Shown: positions 16,373-22,467 of the stretch, piece after piece
How the letters are laid out: every line of letters starts with the position of its first letter
How positions within the stretch are numbered: position 1 is the first letter of the stretch
Source: Macrostomum lignano
Taxonomy: Eukaryota
Direction: 5' to 3'
NCBI GenBank assembly: GCA_002269645.1
Contig: NIVC01005193.1
Coordinates: 1-22,467 of the forward strand
Length of the DNA: 22,467 nt
The notes under the pieces: model-generated
Seen by the model: only the letters and a program-made list of their open reading frames with translations
Told to the model about the DNA's origin: nothing
Databases searched by the model: none
Translations under genes and position numbers: made by a program

Positions 16373-17182
16373 GCAGACTGCGGTGATTTCAAGCTACCGT
16401 TCCAATCGCGGTCAGTCGGCACTAATGGTTCGAGTCCTCCCCCCTCTGGCGCTCCTGAGCGGGAGGATCAGACCACCTTTATGACTTTGTGAGCAGCGCG
16501 GAATTCGATAGCTCCCGAGAGACGGGGCTCGCAACGAGCTCCAAGGCACGTACGACACACTCTATAGTGAGGGGGGCTCCGACTCTGCTATGGAATTGCT
16601 ACGAGATTCCGGAGAGGGAATCGATTCCGCTCAGCCAGAGAATTTCCTATATGGAGAATAATGCCAGTATCAGCTCCGCACTAACTGAGTTTTCTGCGCG
16701 ATCAACTCACATTTTCAAAGCCGAAGCCAAAGTGGGAACTGGGGTTGGGGGGGGGGGCGTGCGAAGGCAAAACTGAGCGCCCCCACTCCCATGCCTCCTA
16801 CAACTGGCATTCTTGCGCTGAGCTGAGGAACAAAAATACGTTTGAGCGAGCGGGTGCGTGCACACAAGTGCAAAGCTTATGGTTACACTGTAAGAAGGCT
16901 GTACGCGCAAGAAAGTACGGCTCCTTCTTCAAATGATCATGCCATTGTACCAGCTGACAACAGAGAAGAAATCTGTTTGACCTCTTTTAGCCAATTATAA
17001 TTGTATACGATTTTTCATTAACGTGCTTAAAGTAGAAGAATCAATACTGTACCATAGATACTTGCCTAAGTTATACTCTAGAGGCACGGGGGTGTGGGGC
17101 GGGGTAGAGCCCCCACCCACTACCATAGACTATTCTTCATTTTCTGGAATAACTTCAGAAATTTCCGGGCAGCTAATACCAT

Positions 17183-17249
17183 ATATTCTATGGGTTTTTC
17201 AGTCGGTATTTCACTTTAATCACATACCGACCTAAAACCCATAGAATAT
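17183..17249. repeat. 67 nt inverted repeat/hairpin (16 bp + 8 bp stems, 14 nt loop)
   Basis: ATATTCTATGGGTTTT (17183-17198) pairs with AAAACCCATAGAATAT (17234-17249); GTCGGTAT (17202-17209) pairs with ATACCGAC (17224-17231). Confidence 0.85.
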
Positions 17250-17519
17250 CTTATACATTACTTTTGACCATAGACAGCTCTTTGTATCAATTACTTTTCG
17301 TGCTTTCTCATGCAGCCTCCCAATAAACGGGCGTTAATGGGTCCGTGCTATTTAACAGGCACAAATATTGGCCCGCCAGGCAAAAAGGCCTAAAAAGGTA
17401 TAGCACAATAATCCAAAAAAGGCATGAAACACCAATAAAAATTACATCGTCTTACAATGTTTTAATATGGTACAGTTGCAACACGTCATTACGAACTGGC
17501 TTTTCTGTGTCAGAGTCAG

Positions 17520-17578
17520 CGTACATAACACATCTTTCTCACACACAGAAGGTCCCCGGTTCGAGCCCGGGCGAACTG
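17520..17578 (+). pseudogene. tRNA-Val(CAC) pseudogene fragment (3' two-thirds)
   Basis: Anticodon loop CT-CAC-AC (CAC at 17540-17542), variable loop AGGTC, perfect T-arm CCCGG-TTCGAGC-CCGGG. The anticodon stem has one mismatch, and the acceptor stem and D-arm do not form. Confidence 0.65.
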
Positions 17579-17693
17579 AAGCAATGCAGAGTTGAGTGTC
17601 TTGCTCAAGGACACAAATTGTTCCGAGTCAAGAATCGAACCCCCGACCTTCAAGTCGTGAATCTGACGCTCTAACCATGCTAGGCTACAAGCC
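17578..17693 (-). mobile_element. tRNA-derived CORE-type SINE, 5' portion
   Basis: Minus strand reads GGCTTGTAGCCTAGCATGGTTAGAGC (A-box), then GGTTCGATTC (B-box), then TGTGTCCTTGAGCAAGACACTCAACT, which resembles the conserved GTGTCCTTGGGCAAGACACT start of CORE-SINE cores. Confidence 0.7.
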
Positions 17694-17727
17694 ACTAGCC
17701 TATTCTATCTAAAATCACATCTCTTTG

Positions 17728-17920
17728 TCCCACTGGGCGCCAGTGGGATTATGTGGGATAAATGGGGATCTTAAGTCAACTCAAGGCTCCAGAATGGAAG
17801 TCGCCAACTCTACAGCATAAGCGCTGTACTGGTTGCAACACTTCTACAGTAGTTGCGAAGCGCAGCAATCATCGTATTCGACTGAAGCTAATATAAGATC
17901 CTCATTTATCCCATATTATC
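17728..17920. mobile_element. Small inverted-repeat element (27 bp arms, 24/27 identical, 120 bp spacer) with an adjacent 9 bp hairpin
   Basis: GATTATGTGGGATAAATGGGGATCTTA (17747-17773) versus TAAGATCCTCATTTATCCCATATTATC (17894-17920); TCCCACTGG-GCG-CCAGTGGGA at 17728-17748. Confidence 0.5.
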
Positions 17921-18001
17921 AAACTGGGACCTAGCGAGACAAGAGATGAGATTTTCGATGATTCTACAGTCATTGCGATCTAGTAGTGTGATCCGGCAGT
18001 T

Positions 18002-18675
18002 CAGGTACATATCGCCAGGGGAAACATGCCCCCCCCCCAGTAAAAGCTATGGGGGACATGCCAATGCTTTGCCCCCCCCCACCCAACCTTGTGACCCGTT
18101 ATGGAAATCAATAATTTCGCTTCAGGGTGACAAAATGTAGTGCCTGCGGCGCCAAAATAGTGCCTGCGGCGCCAAAATGAGTACCTGCAGCGCTAAAATG
18201 AGTTCCTGCGGCGCCAAAATGAGTGCCTGCGGCGCCAAAATGAGTGCCTGTGGCGCCAAAATGAGTGCCTGCAGCGCTAAAATGAGTGCCTGCGGCGCCA
18301 AAATGAGTGCCTGCAGCGCCAAAATGAGTTCCTGCGGCGCTAAAATGAGTGCCTGTGGCGCCAAAAAGTGCCTGCGGCGCCAAAATGAGTGTCTGCGGCG
18401 TCAAAATGAGTGCCTGCGGCGCTAAAATGAGTGCCTGCGGCGCCAAAATGAGTACCTGCAGCGCTAAGATGAGTACCTGCAGCGCTAAAATGAGTACCTG
18501 CAGCGCTAAAAAGAGTACCTGCAGCGCTAAAATGAGTACCTACAGCGCTAAAATGAGTACCTGCGACACCAAATGAGCGCTGACGGCTGACAAAACCGAT
18601 TCTGAAAATAATGCACAAGTACATGTAGAACTCTTGGCTTTGTCCCCCACCATAAAATCCATGGCGACGCCCCTG
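18002..18675. mobile_element. Possible non-autonomous DNA element enclosing the 21 bp array
   Basis: The right end reads CAGGGGCGTCGCCATGG on the minus strand; the left end CAGGTACATATCGCCAGGGG is an imperfect counterpart. G/C-run subterminal motifs are present. Confidence 0.3.
18131..18578. repeat. 21 bp minisatellite ATGAGT(G/A)CCTGC(G/A)GCGC(C/T)AAA, about 21 copies
   Basis: Gives the 7-aa MSACGAK periodicity of ORFs 18177..18425 and 18349..18576. Confidence 0.95.
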
Positions 18676-19649
18676 CATATCGCTTTCATTTTTGGACTAA
18701 GTTGACACATCTCCTATCTGGATTGAATCCCGTGATCCCAGGATCGCAGAACGGGTGCACCAAGGTTGTTACTGTAAAAATATGTACACCACAGAGTAAA
18801 AATGAAGCGAATGCATGTTAGGTAACTCTGTAATTGGTCAGAGTCAACTGAAAGAAGATATTAACTAATTATTGGTACATTTCCATTATTTCCATGCTTT
18901 TAAGACAAGGATTTCACAAACTTTGCTAATAAAATTCCCAAAAAACAAGCAAATTGACAGTTTCGGCAAGCAATTGAGACAGAGTCACAGGCAGACCAGA
19001 CCGAGAGAGATAGGGAGAGATGTAGCACTTTAAATGCAGACCCAGTCTGGATAATGTGTATATTTGAATCAATTAGCATATATATAGACACAGAAAAATA
19101 CTACTTAGCAAAGTAATAGATGTCGATAACTGTACTGCAGTTTGAGAAGTGCATATTTAATGCAATTCAATTTCAAATTCACCTATCAGGTTCAGCTGGG
19201 TCAGTAAAGGTCAATGGTCAAATTTGGGATGGAGTGGAATTAAAGAGATTTAAGAGGCGCATTAGAGCCACTAATTACATAGAGCAAATTAACCAGGCTT
19301 TTAGTGGCTCTTTCAAATAATCAAGCTTATTAATTTGCAACTATTCGTCACTGTAAAAATCAATGCAAAACAGTTCTACAGGGTTATTGTATACAAATTG
19401 AAACAGTAGTCATTGGTTAACTAATAGGTACGCAAGTAAATCTTAGGACAGCAAGAGAGAGAGCTTTTGGAGATTTACTTATAATGTAGAGATGTAAGAT
19501 GTGTATTGACGATTGACATTGCATCTGAATCAGAAGCAGTAGTGCTAGCACTCAATTCCGTCTGCCAAACAAAATTGCATGTTGGCGGATGCTATTGTTT
19601 AAAAACTTACATGTTGTACAAATTGAAGGCAAGGGCATTGGTCCGAAGT

Positions 19650-19929
19650 GATCTGGGAGGGTGACAGGTGGCATAGCAACTGGGGATCTGGGAGGGTGAC
19701 AGGTGGCATAGCAACTGGGGATCTGGGAGGGTGACAGGTGGCATAGCAACTGGGGATCTGGGAGGGTGACAGGTGGCATAGCAACTGGAGATCTGGGAGG
19801 GTGACAGGTGGCATAGCAACTGGAGATCTGGGAGGGTGACAGGTGGCATAGCAACTGGAGATCTGGGAGGGTGACAGGTGGCATAGCAACTGGAGATCTG
19901 GGAGGGTGACAGGTGGCATAGCAACTGGG
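19650..19929. repeat. 35 bp minisatellite x8 (GATCTGGGAGGGTGACAGGTGGCATAGCAACTGG(G/A))
   Basis: Exact period of 35 from 19650 to 19930. Confidence 0.97.
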
Positions 19930-20455
19930 GATCTGGGAGACTGGCGGTGACTCACTAATTGAGGATCTGGGAGGCTGGCGGTGACCCACTAATTGAGGAT
20001 CTGGGAGGCTGGCGGTGACTCACTAATCGAGGATCTGGGAGGCTGGCGGTGACCCACTAATTGAGGATCTGGGAGGCTGGCGGTGACCCACTAATTGAGG
20101 ATCTGGGAGGCATGCTGTGACCCACTAATTGAGGATCTGGGAGGCTGGCGGTGACTCACTAATTGAGGATCTGGGAGGCTGGCGGTGACTCACTAATTGA
20201 GGATCTGGGAGGCTGGCGGTGACCCACTAATTGAGGATCTGGAGAGGCTGGCGGTGACTCACTAATTGAGGATCTGGGAGGCTGGCGGTGACTCACTAAT
20301 TGAGGATCTGGGAGGCTGGCGGTGACTCACTAATTGAGAATCTGGGAGGCTGGCGGTGACTCACTAATTGAGGATCTGGGAGGCTTGCTGTGACTCACTA
20401 ATTGAGGATCTGGGAGGCTTGCTGTGACTCACTAATTGAGGATCTGGGAGGCTGG
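19930..20455. repeat. 34 bp minisatellite x15 (GATCTGGGAGGCTGGCGGTGAC(T/C)CACTAATTGAG), abutting the 35 bp array
   Basis: Period of 34 from 19930 to 20441 (one unit is 1 bp longer). Confidence 0.97.
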
Positions 20456-21437
20456 TTCTAGAATGAGGCAGCATGATAAGCCACTGCAGCAAAATTGCAG
20501 CAACACTGCAACAATAGCTTGCCTAGCCCCCGCTTTATCAAATCTAACACGAGAATTAGAATTCCAATACTAAATTGCCTACACACTACTGCAAGTAGAG
20601 CAATCGGTAAGCAGACAAAGTAAAAAAGCGAATATATGATACTCAAGCATCAGCAGACAGTCAAAATCAAACTGCGGGACAAGTAAAAAATGCAAATCAG
20701 AAACAAACTAGACAGAAGCAGAGAGAAAGCAAGAGACACAGATGAGACAGTAAAAGAAGCAGAAAAATTAGCTCGTTACAGATTGGATTCAAGTGAAAAA
20801 AATACAGTTTTGCGTTGTCATTGGGTTTGATTCGGGCTCTGTGCATGTGAAAGGTATATATGGGAAAAGCATATGATCCGGCCATCTGCTAGGTTGGTCA
20901 GAGGCCCAGGCGGGTATCCAAATCGCTGCTGCTGAAAGATTCAGATGCAGAGAAGCAAACATGTAAGCAATAACATGTGATAGCTATGATATAAATGATT
21001 TACAACCCAAAGCCCCTCCCAAAGTCAGGTAGGGCGGAAACCGCGCATTCAATTTGATTGCTAAACACAAGCGAGAATTATAGCATGCCATTATAGCAAG
21101 GCATGTGCCTGTCTCCGTGGGTAGTTGGGATAAAATGAACAAGTTCGTGTGTTATAAAAAATGACATAGTCACAAATAAGACACAGGCTTAACAAAAACT
21201 GCAGAGATCAAGCAGCCGTCTGCGGCACGTGCTTAGCTAATAAATAAAGATTTACAAATGAAGATATATGCAATGTAAAGCCAGAAATAAACAAGTCTGC
21301 AAACTCAAGTCTACTGTTAGTAGTCTGTTGGAAAGTGAAGATATTGCTTACTGTTTATGAGGATTGCTTTTATAGATTTACATATAAATATAAACCTAAA
21401 GAAGAGAGGGCGAGGCAGCAAGAGACACACTGAGACC

Positions 21438-22467
21438 TCAGTCGCGGCATTTTATACAGAAGAATTCTATATCGTCCAAGTTGACGTCGTCGTCCAGGTC
21501 TGTGCACATCACGTGATACCAGCTGTTGCAGGAGTCGCAGCACACCCAGTTCACGTTCGGGTCCTTCGGCTTGATGCAGGTCAGCGACTCGCACGGCTCG
21601 CCATCGATGTGAAACTGACCGCTAGGGTCGCCGCCGCCAGCTGCTACGGCCGCCGACGACGAGCCCGAAGGCCGGCCGGAACTGCCACGCGACTGCTTCG
21701 ACTGTTTAGAAGGCCGGGAGCCGCCGCCTGATTTGCTGGACCGGCTGGCGCCGCTCTTGCGCTGCACCGAGCCGACTGAGCCGCCTTTGCCGCCGGAGTC
21801 CACCGAGGACTGCCGCTTCGCCGCCGCAGACGAAGACTTTTTAGTGTCGGACTTTTTGCCTTCGCCCGACGACTTTTTCGATGCGGAGCCGCCGCCGCCG
21901 CCGCCGCCAATCGAGGCGGCCGACGACTTCGAGGCCGAGACGGGTGGCGCCGGGTGAGGCGCCATCGCCGGCGACAGGTCGTTGCTAGGCGAGCTCTGCG
22001 AAGACGACATTGACGAGTCCGGCGACTTGTCGCGCGCCCGCTTAGCCGAGGCGGCGCGCGCGAACGCCGGCCTCGCCACCGCTCAGGCGCTTCCGGCCGC
22101 CGTCGCCGTGAGTCGCCGTAGGATTGTGATCGCCCGACGAGGCGGGAGGTCCCGCCGGCCAGCCGGGCTGTTCGACACCTTCTCGAACACAAACTTCAGC
22201 TCGGAACGGAAGCCGTTGACTGTGGAGCCCGGCTTGATGTTGAAGCCGTTGACGTGCCCAAAGCAGATGATGTCGCCCACGACCAGCAGCTTGGAGGACA
22301 GGATTCGGGTGTAGTTAATGTACGTGCCGTTCAGACTGTGATCCCCAGGAAGTACCGGTTTGCCCTTCTCCTCTGCGCGTACCTCTGCGTGCTTTCTGCT
22401 GACCATCATCGGGTTCACCTGCGACTCGATAACGCAATCAGGCGGAGTCTTGCTGCTGGCCGGCCGA
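21438..22467 (-). CDS. TCF19: FHA + C-terminal PHD finger protein, TCF19-like; 5' end outside the window; frame interrupted by TGA at 22085-22083
   Basis: The frame is open from the window edge. FHA motifs: SRKHA, DHSLNGTYIN and L..GD.I.FGH, then a Ser/Gly/Lys low-complexity linker. C4HC3 PHD finger C-ESLT-C...WVCCDSCNSWYHVMC...FFCIKC*. FHA+PHD with this spacing is the TCF19 architecture. ORFs 22083..22418 and 21438..22079 share one frame. Confidence 0.75.

Noticed and set aside
16427-16437. GGTTCGAGTCC B-box as part of a tRNA gene
   Set aside because: There is no A-box at a suitable distance and no cloverleaf around it.
17500-17580. Functional tRNA-Val gene
   Set aside because: The acceptor stem and D-arm cannot be formed and there is no A-box, so it is kept only as a pseudogene fragment.
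16381-21437. Upstream ankyrin/PH/FFAT exons of a long ORP1L-type isoform
   Set aside because: I found no coding-like exon with such motifs between the ORP start and the TCF19-like stop. Very small exons cannot be excluded without cDNA.
22083-22085. Selenocysteine recoding of the TGA (also considered for 523-525)
   Set aside because: The codon lies in a low-complexity linker rather than at a catalytic Cys position, FHA/PHD proteins are not known selenoproteins, and I saw no SECIS-like structure.

Overview
Eukaryotic (metazoan) genomic DNA: GC-rich coding exons set in AT-rich, tandem-repeat-loaded introns and spacers. The style recalls the flatworm Macrostomum, but that is an inference only. 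Three protein-coding genes lie head-to-tail on the minus strand. (1) A 6-exon prosaposin-like gene (signal peptide, one SapA and five SapB domains, about 594 aa). (2) A 7-exon, ORD-only oxysterol-binding-protein-related gene of the ORP1/ORP2 type (470 aa). (3) A 5'-truncated FHA+PHD gene of the TCF19 type whose reading frame is broken by an in-frame TGA, probably through indels. The window holds about a dozen micro/minisatellite arrays, tRNA-derived SINE or tRNA-pseudogene fragments and several small inverted-repeat elements. The most unusual feature is that two ORP introns consist almost entirely of microsatellites that read, on the pre-mRNA strand, as branch-site/U2-pairing sequence: (CUAA)n and (UAC)n. 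No prokaryotic features or CRISPR arrays are present. Most ORFs in the supplied track are repeat or antisense artefacts.
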